From the IMG/VR virus record IMGVR_UViG_3300032018_000003: a stretch of 33,032 bases of DNA. The stretch is one strand, 5' to 3'. Origin of the DNA: a virus (Duplodnaviria; Heunggongvirae; Uroviricota; Caudoviricetes). The translations under genes were made by a program, and so were the position numbers. Shown one piece after another: positions 24,730-32,500 of the stretch. The notes beneath the pieces are model-generated. The model was not told where the DNA came from, ran no database searches, and saw only the letters and a program-made list of their open reading frames with translations. Numbering within the stretch: position 1 is the first letter of the stretch; every line of letters begins with the position of its first letter.

Positions 24730-25275
24730 ATGGAAAAAGAAAAAAATAATTACGAAACATATCGTAACCAATTAAGTAAAGAAGAATATTTTAAACGATT
24801 TAAAACTGAAGACGCAGAAAAAATCGGTGACGAATTAAAAGAAGACTTGTATCAGAAATACATTGTGAAATGTATTGTCTTCAATAGAGATAATTTCAAA
24901 TGTCAAAACATTAATTGTAAAGCTCCCGATAGTCCATTAACAATGCATCATGTTAAATGGCAAAAGAACGGTGGTAAAGATAGTCAACGAAATTGTGTTA
25001 TATTATGTATGAGTTGTCATAAAAATTATCACCGAGGAAAATTTATAATAACTTTTAACAATAATGAAAAATTACCACAACATATCAAAGGACATACTTT
25101 CAGATTAGAAAAAGCAGATGAAGTTGACTGGAAACAAATTAAAAACGATATGAAAAAAATTAGAAAACAATTGAAATATTCAACAAATGTTTCAAAAGGA
25201 ATCTGGTATAAAATTGAATGGAGTAAAGTAGAACATTTAATGAAAATATTAGAAGAATGGTTAAAAGAATATTAA
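24730..25275 (+). CDS. HNH endonuclease inside the tRNA cluster
   Basis: FNRDNFKCQNINC...LTMHHVK...NCVILCMSCHKNYH. Confidence 0.85.
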   Translation: MEKEKNNYETYRNQLSKEEYFKRFKTEDAEKIGDELKEDLYQKYIVKCIVFNRDNFKCQNINCKAPDSPLTMHHVKWQKNGGKDSQRNCVILCMSCHKNYHRGKFIITFNNNEKLPQHIKGHTFRLEKADEVDWKQIKNDMKKIRKQLKYSTNVSKGIWYKIEWSKVEHLMKILEEWLKEY

Positions 25276-25287
25276 TTTTTTATTTTT

Positions 25288-25359
25288 GCACTGTTGGTGA
25301 TAACGGTATCATGCGGGACTTCCACTCCTGATTTGCGGGTTCAAATCCCGTGCGGTGCA
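25288..25359 (+). tRNA. tRNA-Gly(TCC)
   Basis: GCACTGT/GCGGTGC; CGGGA-CTTCCAC-TCCTG; A73 (archaeal/eukaryal type). Confidence 0.9.
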
Positions 25360-25366
25360 TTTTTAT

Positions 25367-25442
25367 CTATTGGTAGAACAACAGCTTAGTTCAGTGGGTT
25401 GTAACCCCATTAATCCGTGTGCAACTCACGGCCAATAGACCA
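25367..25442 (+). tRNA. tRNA-Tyr(GTA), archaeal type
   Basis: C1:G72 (CTATTGG/CCAATAG), short variable loop, encoded CCA; D-loop AG, T-loop TGCAACT. Confidence 0.9.
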
Positions 25443-25445
25443 TTT

Positions 25446-25517
25446 GGAGTAGTAGTGTAACGGGAACATGTCAGATTCCAGACCTGAAGACTGAGAGTTC
25501 GATTCTCTCCTATTCCA
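25446..25517 (+). tRNA. tRNA-Trp(CCA)
   Basis: GGAGTAG/CTATTCC; TCAG(A)-TTCCAGA-(C)CTGA. Confidence 0.85.
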
Positions 25518-25534
25518 TTTTTTTAATTTTCTTT
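25518..25534 (+). terminator. Oligo-T terminator at the strand-convergence point
   Basis: TTTTTTTAATTTTCTTT immediately after tRNA-Trp. Confidence 0.5.
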
Positions 25535-25864
25535 ATTATTATAATAACTAAAAGAAATCCAACATATTAAATATAATATACAAACTAATCCTGTCAATAT
25601 ATATGCTTTAATTTCAGAATATTTTGTTATTTCATCTATATATTCTTTATTTTTAGCATAGTAAGAATATTCATAATACCCAGCACTATTATTCTTTGCA
25701 GTAAACGGATCAACCAAAATACACGTTTCTGATTTATCTTCTATAACATAATTCTTATAGTCTATCTGGTGTGATCGTTCGTGTATAAATACAGAAAACG
25801 ATACTACTCCTACTGTTAAGAAAAATATTAATATAACATTGGATATATGTTTCAATAGTTGCAT
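25523..25864 (-). CDS. Small membrane protein with HExxH zinc-peptidase-like motif
   Basis: TM1 ends in VFIHERSH; C-terminal TM preceded by EIKAY. Confidence 0.5.
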   Translation of the reverse strand: MQLLKHISNVILIFFLTVGVVSFSVFIHERSHQIDYKNYVIEDKSETCILVDPFTAKNNSAGYYEYSYYAKNKEYIDEITKYSEIKAYILTGLVCILYLICWISFSYYNNKEN

Positions 25865-25952
25865 TGTTATACCCCGCTCGTTTTAAATATTATCATCGTT
25901 AATACTAATAATCCAATTAAAATATATAATAGTGTTTTATCCTCACCCATAT

Positions 25953-26357
25953 TTATTTCACTCTTTTGAAACAATCCACACCGATACTTAATTTATCTTT
26001 TCCATATTTACCAACATGAATAATATTAAACGCATCATATTCTTTATCTAATTTTTGTTTCTTAATTTCTTTTAATACACTTTCTCCCATTTTATTATGT
26101 TTAATAAACTCATTTAGTGTTTGAAAGTTTTTTAATTTAGTAATATCTTTAGGTTTATCTATTTCAATGTCATAAGTATTAACCAAAGTATATCTATCTT
26201 TTGAAAATATTATCCAATTATTATATATTTCTGTAGGATTAATAGGTATATCATAACATACTTTTGGGTTCTTTTTTATAATAGGTTTTAATCTATCACG
26301 TTTCTTTAACATATTATCTACCTTCTTTAACACATTATCTTCCTTCTTGTTTACCAT
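25953..26357 (-). CDS. Hypothetical protein
   Basis: 134 aa, K-rich, overlaps the phosphoesterase stop. Confidence 0.55.
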   Translation of the reverse strand: MVNKKEDNVLKKVDNMLKKRDRLKPIIKKNPKVCYDIPINPTEIYNNWIIFSKDRYTLVNTYDIEIDKPKDITKLKNFQTLNEFIKHNKMGESVLKEIKKQKLDKEYDAFNIIHVGKYGKDKLSIGVDCFKRVK

Positions 26358-27054
26358 ATAGTTCCTCCACTGTATCGCTCTGCCATATTTCTTTAGTATC
26401 TATATCTTTAAATGTAAGTCTTCCTTTCCAACCCGCTCCTGTGTCCATGCAGCATAAATTAACTATATTAATAGGTACATCTCCAACATGGGTGTGACCT
26501 ATATACACTTCGTTGTATGTTGGTAATTTTATATTTGTACCACGTAACTCGTTATGTGTACGTAATATTCTTGCAGTATCTATTATACTCCTATCCCACA
26601 TTAAATAACCACTATCGTTTAATTCTATTGGTTTGGTTGTGTCATAACCACCATGAACAAATAATCTGTTTTGGTTATCAACATAATAGTATTCTGCACG
26701 TTTTAATAGGGTTTTGTGTGCTTCAGGTACGTTTTTATTATTGTCACCATAACTTTGTATGGTTGCTTTACCACCCTGCTCGTACCATGACCTATAACTA
26801 AACTCGTCCTCATGTTTAAAAATATTACCTTTATACATCCACTGTATGCACCAAAAATCATGGTTCGCCATTACATAAATTAGATGTTTAATCTTTAATA
26901 ATTCATCAAAACATTCTTTTGTTTGTGGTAAACCATCACATGTGTCTCCTAAACAAATTAAAGTATCTTCATCGTAGTTAAAACTACTTCGTTTTAAGCA
27001 TTGTTTTAGTGCTTTGAAGTTTCCATGTACATCGGCTGTTACTATCGTTCGCAT
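26335..27054 (-). CDS. Calcineurin-like metallophosphoesterase (PPP/ApaH/lambda NinI-like)
   Basis: DVHG, LGDTCDG, ANHD, FVHGG, IGHT, DTGAG motifs. Confidence 0.9.
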   Translation of the reverse strand: MRTIVTADVHGNFKALKQCLKRSSFNYDEDTLICLGDTCDGLPQTKECFDELLKIKHLIYVMANHDFWCIQWMYKGNIFKHEDEFSYRSWYEQGGKATIQSYGDNNKNVPEAHKTLLKRAEYYYVDNQNRLFVHGGYDTTKPIELNDSGYLMWDRSIIDTARILRTHNELRGTNIKLPTYNEVYIGHTHVGDVPINIVNLCCMDTGAGWKGRLTFKDIDTKEIWQSDTVEELYGKQEGR

Positions 27055-27323
27055 TTTTTAAACTCCTTATTAAGTTTATCCATTTGTTTATAATATGTTA
27101 TTTCATCCATTCTATAAAAAGTAGTGTGACCTAATTTATCAGTCATATAAAAATATATAACATCAAAACCGTCATTGTAAGTTCTATATATTTTACCATT
27201 ATCATTAACATCTAATCTGTTTTTAATTAAAACCTTAATAGAGTTCGTCCAACTATCTACCCAATTTTCTGCTCCAAAAGCATCAAAGTATTGTATTTTA
27301 GTTAGGTTCATTTTGTAACCCAT
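27042..27323 (-). CDS. Hypothetical protein
   Basis: 93 aa in an overlapping operon; start may be 27311. Confidence 0.55.
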   Translation of the reverse strand: MGYKMNLTKIQYFDAFGAENWVDSWTNSIKVLIKNRLDVNDNGKIYRTYNDGFDVIYFYMTDKLGHTTFYRMDEITYYKQMDKLNKEFKKCER

Positions 27324-27594
27324 TTAATTTCTTAGTTCTTTCCCATACAGTTACTTCTCTATCGTTCATAATATAAGTAACTCGTAATATTCTATGCCAC
27401 GGAATATTAACTTCTTCATCATTATCATGTTTAATAATAACACTAAAATTATCTTTAATACTAGTTAAATATCTTTCAAATGTAATAGGTTTTAAATCTT
27501 TTGATATATTATCCCAATACCAAAACACTATTAGTTTTTTATTATATTTTTCACTATACTGAATTTCGTTTAAAAACAATCTTATAGTTTTCAT
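27298..27594 (-). CDS. Hypothetical protein (C-terminal IPWHRI motif)
   Basis: 98 aa; IPWHRILRV resembles MJ1316/DUF504-type RNA-ligase-associated domains, weak match. Confidence 0.5.
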   Translation of the reverse strand: MKTIRLFLNEIQYSEKYNKKLIVFWYWDNISKDLKPITFERYLTSIKDNFSVIIKHDNDEEVNIPWHRILRVTYIMNDREVTVWERTKKLNGLQNEPN

Positions 27595-27600
27595 TCTTAA

Positions 27601-27933
27601 TTACCTTTCAAAGTACCATGTGTCTGAACATTTTGGTTCATCGTTTAGTATTACTACAGACCATTTTAATTTTGTTATTTCAACTTTGTCATAAGTAAAC
27701 AAATTACTACTTTTTGCTTCTTTCTCTAACGAATCTGCCAGTTGTCTTAATTCTTCTATTGTTGTTGTGATAGATTGACGCCTTCGTTGAATTTGTTTTT
27801 CTAACGACTCGCTATGTTTTAATAAGTTTCTGACATTACTTCTTTTACATTTGTCACAACCACTAGGATGTTTTGCAGTACTTTTAAATATATTACCGCA
27901 ACGTTTACATGTTCGCATTCCCATTATTATCAA
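27601..27933 (-). CDS. Zinc-ribbon plus coiled-coil protein
   Basis: CKRC...CDKC. Confidence 0.6.
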   Translation of the reverse strand: MIIMGMRTCKRCGNIFKSTAKHPSGCDKCKRSNVRNLLKHSESLEKQIQRRRQSITTTIEELRQLADSLEKEAKSSNLFTYDKVEITKLKWSVVILNDEPKCSDTWYFER

Positions 27934-28424
27934 ACCTTACCATCATACCACGAAAATAATATTCCTATAGTTATTACGCCAACAATCCCAGACACAAAAC
28001 AATATATTATATGATAATCTGCCGAAACTCTTGCTATATTAAACGCGTATACAAATGATACTACTGAACATACAGCAACAGCACTCCAAAGTAATAACCC
28101 CAATTCTATACACACAAGGTTTATTTTTTTCGTGTGTAACAATTCATAAAGGTCTTTACGTTTACTTTTTTTATAAAACATTGTATTATTAATTATAAAT
28201 AATATTATAGATAGCGTTACACTAATTCCAACGTACCCCAACCAATGAGTTATATAATACAAACCAAACCCAATACCCATTATACCAACTATACTACCAA
28301 TAAAAAGTCCTTTTGATTTTATAAGAAATTCTTTTAGTGTGATAGGTTTTTCATATTTATCATAATATTGTTCTTTTGTTAATTTCTTTTTATCTCGTTG
28401 TCTTAACATAACGTCCTTTTTCAT
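27930..28424 (-). CDS. Four-TM membrane protein
   Basis: Basic N-terminus followed by two TM hairpins. Confidence 0.6.
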   Translation of the reverse strand: MKKDVMLRQRDKKKLTKEQYYDKYEKPITLKEFLIKSKGLFIGSIVGIMGIGFGLYYITHWLGYVGISVTLSIILFIINNTMFYKKSKRKDLYELLHTKKINLVCIELGLLLWSAVAVCSVVSFVYAFNIARVSADYHIIYCFVSGIVGVITIGILFSWYDGKV

Positions 28425-28428
28425 TCAT

Positions 28429-28860
28429 TCATCTCCGTTTTTTATAGATTCTCTTCTTTAGTTTACTATTTGCCCATTTTTGGTTCGCCCATAAATATAA
28501 ATAAACCACTACGGTGCTTCCTATTACTATTCCTATAATCTTTATATTCTTTATAATCCATAACATAAGTGGTACAAACAACTGAACTACAAATATAACT
28601 GTGCCTAAAGTAATTAATCCCATAATAACAAACATAAAACTTAATACCTTCATAAAAAATATAGATGGTTTCGTATATGGTTTTTTAAACTCGGACTCTT
28701 TAAAAAACTCCCTTTTTAATAAATGGTTAAACATAATTTCTATTAATATTATAAAAATTATTGTTGTTATAATCCAATGAGTATAAATAAACCCTTGCGC
28801 AGATATAGGTGTACCTTCATTACTACCCAAAAACCATACAAAAAAATTAAACATTTTCAT
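28429..28860 (-). CDS. Three-TM membrane protein (paralog family)
   Basis: TM1 with internal E; KVLSF; ends WANQKWA. Confidence 0.6.
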   Translation of the reverse strand: MKMFNFFVWFLGSNEGTPISAQGFIYTHWIITTIIFIILIEIMFNHLLKREFFKESEFKKPYTKPSIFFMKVLSFMFVIMGLITLGTVIFVVQLFVPLMLWIIKNIKIIGIVIGSTVVVYLYLWANQKWANSKLKKRIYKKRR

Positions 28861-29198
28861 TCATCTCCTTCATCCATTTCTTTTATTAATTTTTTTATTA
28901 ATTCGTTTTTATGTATTTTATATTCTATAAATGTCTTCGGGTGTTTTTCCATTAAAAAAAGTCTTAATATTTGATAGTTGATAACATCCATTTTATTAAA
29001 CCCTTTAATGGTCCCGGACATTATTAAATGTGTAATAAAACTATCATGAATTTTATTATGACAATCTTCACAAACATATATTTTCAATTGTTTTATTTCA
29101 TTATTATCTTTATTAATCATTTTAGTAACGTGTTGCGGTACTAGATGATGTTTAGTCAATGTAGGAAATTCCTGCCAACATAGTTTGCATTTTGCCAT
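28857..29198 (-). CDS. HNH endonuclease-like protein
   Basis: CKLC...LTKHHLVP...VCEDCHNKIH. Confidence 0.75.
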   Translation of the reverse strand: MAKCKLCWQEFPTLTKHHLVPQHVTKMINKDNNEIKQLKIYVCEDCHNKIHDSFITHLIMSGTIKGFNKMDVINYQILRLFLMEKHPKTFIEYKIHKNELIKKLIKEMDEGDE

Positions 29199-29202
29199 AT
29201 AT

Positions 29203-29409
29203 TTACATCTCTGTTCTTATTTTTTCTTTTCTACTATTGATATATACATTGTATATCTTATATACTGAATTTTTAATTTTATAATTACTGCCATTGTCGA
29301 AAAAGATTCGTCTACTATTACCAGGAATGTTTTTTATACTAATAATTCCTTCGTGTTCTCTACAACGTCTTTCGTTCTTTCTTTTAACTACTTCTATTGT
29401 CCGTTCCAT
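29203..29409 (-). CDS. Hypothetical protein
   Basis: 68 aa; SD GGTGA upstream. Confidence 0.5.
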   Translation of the reverse strand: MERTIEVVKRKNERRCREHEGIISIKNIPGNSRRIFFDNGSNYKIKNSVYKIYNVYINSRKEKIRTEM

Positions 29410-29411
29410 TT

Positions 29412-29777
29412 TCAGTCACCTTTATTATATGTTTTATCTGTCCATTTTTTGTTGTAATATACAATTATACAAAACAATCCAATTACTATAATAGTAATTA
29501 CACCTGTTTTTATATTACTAAATGTTTTAATTAACACCATTATTATTAAACTTAATATTCCTACCATCTCAAAATAACAGGCAAATGCAAATATTTTTAA
29601 TACTCCTATAATACTAAACGGGTATTTTTGTATAACCCTTTTAAATTTATCATTCCTTTTAATTGTTTCTAAATCTTTAGTAGAATTCATTTCTAGAATA
29701 AACCATCTATAAATCAATTCCATTGCAATTAATCCTAATCCAAATAATATCCATAACCCTATCTTCTCATTCATCAT
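29412..29777 (-). CDS. Three-TM membrane protein (paralog family)
   Basis: TM1 IAMELIY; LKIFAF; ends YYNKKWT. Confidence 0.6.
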   Translation of the reverse strand: MMNEKIGLWILFGLGLIAMELIYRWFILEMNSTKDLETIKRNDKFKRVIQKYPFSIIGVLKIFAFACYFEMVGILSLIIMVLIKTFSNIKTGVITIIVIGLFCIIVYYNKKWTDKTYNKGD

Positions 29778-29806
29778 TCAATCAACTCCACGTTTTTAAT
29801 AATTTG

Positions 29807-29817
29807 AAAAAAAAAAA
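29807..29817 (-). terminator. Oligo-T (T11) terminator, minus strand
   Basis: A11 on + immediately after the 29818 stop. Confidence 0.5.
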
Positions 29818-30129
29818 TTAAAGTGTTTTTGCTATTCTATAATTAAACCAAAATAGTGCAAATAATATTCCTAATCCAACTACTGCTCCACCAATTACTT
29901 TTAATAAGTCTAATAAACCATTAAAATTAATGTTTGAAAACAAATCAAACAAAAACATTGTTATTGGTATAACTAGTACAAAAGTTAAAAATTTCAATAC
30001 TGACGAAGTTAAAAAATCAAAGTTTTTATCTCCTATATTTGTTTTCATTGCTTTTGCCGACAATAAAAACACAATTTCTGCAAACACTATTCCTACTATA
30101 ATACTTGCTATTGTTATTGCTGTATTCAT
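29818..30129 (-). CDS. Three-TM membrane protein (paralog family)
   Basis: TM1 VFAEIVF; LKFLTF; ends WFNYRIA. Confidence 0.6.
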   Translation of the reverse strand: MNTAITIASIIVGIVFAEIVFLLSAKAMKTNIGDKNFDFLTSSVLKFLTFVLVIPITMFLFDLFSNINFNGLLDLLKVIGGAVVGLGILFALFWFNYRIAKTL

Positions 30130-30177
30130 TTTTCATTCATCTCCATTCAATCTATATTAAAAAAATAATACTTATAC

Positions 30178-30360
30178 TTAAGCAGTATAAGTTCCTCGTT
30201 TTTCTCTTTTAATTTCATTCTTTTTAACCATTAAATTTAATAAACTTCGAACTGCTGCTGTCTGTAACTTATCACTTGTTACTGTGTTCAGTTCCTTGTA
30301 AATCTCCTTCAATGTTATTGTTTGTTTGGTCTTCACCAATTCCATTATTTTTGTCTTCAT
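30178..30360 (-). CDS. Small winged-HTH protein
   Basis: IMELVK...ITLKEIYKEL...AVRSLLNLMVKKNEIKREKRGTY. Confidence 0.65.
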   Translation of the reverse strand: MKTKIMELVKTKQTITLKEIYKELNTVTSDKLQTAAVRSLLNLMVKKNEIKREKRGTYTA

Positions 30361-31042
30361 TTAAATCGCCTCCAAAATTAAATATACTGTCTTGTCGTAA
30401 TCTATTATTACCATAATCAACCCATTTTTTATCTATTTCAAACCCTATAAATTTTCTGTTTGTTTCTTTACAAGCAATCGGCACCGCCCCACTACCGCAA
30501 AAACAATCCAACACAACTTCATTTTCGTTCGTACTATGTAAAAGTATACGCCGAATAATATCGCGTGGTTTCTCGTGTGGGTGCGTCGATAGGTTATGTT
30601 GCACTACATTAAAATTTAATACATTAGGAAAATTATCAGTATTATATTTAGGTTTACCCTTTTCTAACACCAAGATAAGCTCGTGCTTGTTACGAAACCC
30701 ATACCCCATACCTATATTACTTTTGTTTAATACTACTAACATACGTATATTATAAGTGGTATAACGCAAAACAAACTCGGTTAAAAAAGGATAATGTTTC
30801 CAATTAGTAAAATTATAAATAGTTGCATTCTTTTTAAGTACCCTTTGGGAATCAAAAAGTACTTGTAAATTCAATAAAGGATTCTCATTATTAACAATAC
30901 CCTTATCCATCCGACCATAGTTACTATTATCACCATATGGTGGATCTGTAATTATACAATCAATACTTTCATCGTCTAATTGTTTGATTCCTTCAAGACA
31001 ATCAATACAGTGTATTTTATTAAATAAGTCTTTTGTAGTCAT
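30272..31042 (-). CDS. Beta-class N6-adenine/N4-cytosine DNA methyltransferase
   Basis: Motif IV ITDPPY near the N-terminus, HPHEKP, motif I VLDCFCGSG near the C-terminus. Confidence 0.9.
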   Translation of the reverse strand: MTTKDLFNKIHCIDCLEGIKQLDDESIDCIITDPPYGDNSNYGRMDKGIVNNENPLLNLQVLFDSQRVLKKNATIYNFTNWKHYPFLTEFVLRYTTYNIRMLVVLNKSNIGMGYGFRNKHELILVLEKGKPKYNTDNFPNVLNFNVVQHNLSTHPHEKPRDIIRRILLHSTNENEVVLDCFCGSGAVPIACKETNRKFIGFEIDKKWVDYGNNRLRQDSIFNFGGDLNEDKNNGIGEDQTNNNIEGDLQGTEHSNK

Positions 31043-31074
31043 CGATTCACCTTCATTAAAATAAAATAAAAAAA

Positions 31075-31197
31075 TTAATTATAAATTTCTTCTTCTGTTA
31101 CCGAATCTTCCGGGTATCCAATAATTTTATATATAGCGTTCTCATAAAAATTTATTGTTTGTGGTTCTTCCATATTCATATTTTCGTTTTCGTCCAT
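31075..31197 (-). CDS. 40-aa acidic peptide (not in ORF track)
   Basis: MDENENMNMEEPQTINFYENAIYKIIGYPEDSVTEEEIYN; SD AGGTGA, promoter upstream and T-rich tract downstream. Confidence 0.5.
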   Translation of the reverse strand: MDENENMNMEEPQTINFYENAIYKIIGYPEDSVTEEEIYN

Positions 31198-31251
31198 TTT
31201 TAGTCACCTGTTATTTTGTTTGTTGTTATATTGTTGTAATAGATATGGATA

Positions 31252-31270
31252 CTTATAAAGTTGTTGTTTC
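31252..31270 (-). promoter_or_regulatory. BRE+TATA promoter, minus strand
   Basis: Reverse complement GAAACAACAACTTTATAAG matches the + strand motif. Confidence 0.55.
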
Positions 31271-31272
31271 TA

Positions 31273-31434
31273 TTAATTCTTTTTTCTATTTTCGCACATC
31301 TCTATAATTTCTAAATATTTTTTTCTATCGAGAGTTTCGTTATACTTTAAATGTTTTGTAACTTCAACTAATACATTAAAATATTTTCTAATCTTTTCAT
31401 AATCAGTATCGTTTAACATATTTTGTTTTATCAT
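31273..31434 (-). CDS. Small hypothetical protein
   Basis: ATG at 31434 after GGAGA (the ORF track extends to 31470). Confidence 0.5.
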   Translation of the reverse strand: MIKQNMLNDTDYEKIRKYFNVLVEVTKHLKYNETLDRKKYLEIIEMCENRKKN

Positions 31435-31527
31435 ATTTTTTCTCCATACGTGAAAAAATAAACAACACACAAGGATACAAGAACTCTTTTAATTATACGA
31501 GGTGAATCGGATTATAAAAAAGTACCC

Positions 31528-31728
31528 TTATATGTTGTTTACTTTGTTTTTATATAATATTTTTTCTGTATATATTAAGTGTTTTTTAACTGTGGTAAAG
31601 GCCTTAATAGTAAACCAACAATTACACTCATTACAATGAAACCTTTTGGTTGTAACTTTAACTATATCGTCCTTTAATGCAAACACTTTTATACTTTTAC
31701 ATATCGGACAACTAACGTGTTTTTTCAT
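31528..31728 (-). CDS. Zinc-ribbon protein
   Basis: CPIC...CNEC. Confidence 0.6.
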   Translation of the reverse strand: MKKHVSCPICKSIKVFALKDDIVKVTTKRFHCNECNCWFTIKAFTTVKKHLIYTEKILYKNKVNNI

Positions 31729-31844
31729 TTATTATCACTCATTAAATTGTTTACTGTTTTATCTTCATTGTCACAAACGCATTTATCTAATGATCTACCA
31801 CAATAAAAACAATCGGTTTTTTCTAATTCGTCAGCAAAACTCAT
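31725..31844 (-). CDS. 39-aa Cys-rich peptide (not in ORF track)
   Basis: MSFADELEKTDCFYCGRSLDKCVC...; ATGA overlap with the next gene; SD GGAGA. Confidence 0.45.
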   Translation of the reverse strand: MSFADELEKTDCFYCGRSLDKCVCDNEDKTVNNLMSDNK

Positions 31845-31847
31845 AGT

Positions 31848-32012
31848 TCATCTCCATATCAATATTAAAACAAATAATAATACGCATACTAACATTGATA
31901 CCCTGGTAATAATGAAAATGTGTCGGTTTTTTTTTATGATTTTTTTAACTTCTGGGATTTGATATATGTCCCTGTTTTTATTCTGTTCTATATATTTACG
32001 GTTGTATAACAT
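31848..32012 (-). CDS. 54-aa C-terminally anchored membrane peptide (not in ORF track)
   Basis: Basic N-terminus, hydrophobic C-terminal helix; SD GAGGA. Confidence 0.45.
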   Translation of the reverse strand: MLYNRKYIEQNKNRDIYQIPEVKKIIKKNRHIFIITRVSMLVCVLLFVLILIWR

Positions 32013-32023
32013 TATTTTAATCC

Positions 32024-32275
32024 TCAATACATATTATAATCATCTATAAGTTTTCGTAATATGTAATCTTCTCTTGTATGCCGTTTAATATGATATCTTA
32101 ATCTTGAACTTGATATGTATTTTTTCGGGCTACCATATTTTTCGTTGTATTGCAATTGATATTGTCTATGTGTTTCAGACACGTTTTTAATATTTTGCTG
32201 GGTTAAAATATCTAAACTTTGTCTTGTTAAATTGTGTTCGGCATCTTTAATGTTGTCTATTGTAACAAAATTCAT
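32024..32275 (-). CDS. Hypothetical protein
   Basis: 83 aa, tightly packed operon. Confidence 0.55.
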   Translation of the reverse strand: MNFVTIDNIKDAEHNLTRQSLDILTQQNIKNVSETHRQYQLQYNEKYGSPKKYISSSRLRYHIKRHTREDYILRKLIDDYNMY

Positions 32276-32276
32276 T

Positions 32277-32498
32277 TTAATACTCCTGCATAATTTTAAC
32301 GATGCCTTCTAAATGCTCTTTTGTTAATACTTCCGTTTGCCAACTCTTTTTAAAATATATTTCTCCTTTAGTGGTCTTGTATAATGTACCAACTTTATTA
32401 TTATCTAGCATATCCCAATAGTTTAATGTTTTTTCATATATGACAGTTCTTTCTTCTTGAAAAAAACCTTGTTTTATCTTCTCTATATATAGTTCCAT
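32277..32498 (-). CDS. Hypothetical protein
   Basis: 73 aa, tightly packed operon. Confidence 0.55.
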   Translation of the reverse strand: MELYIEKIKQGFFQEERTVIYEKTLNYWDMLDNNKVGTLYKTTKGEIYFKKSWQTEVLTKEHLEGIVKIMQEY

Positions 32499-32500
32499 TA

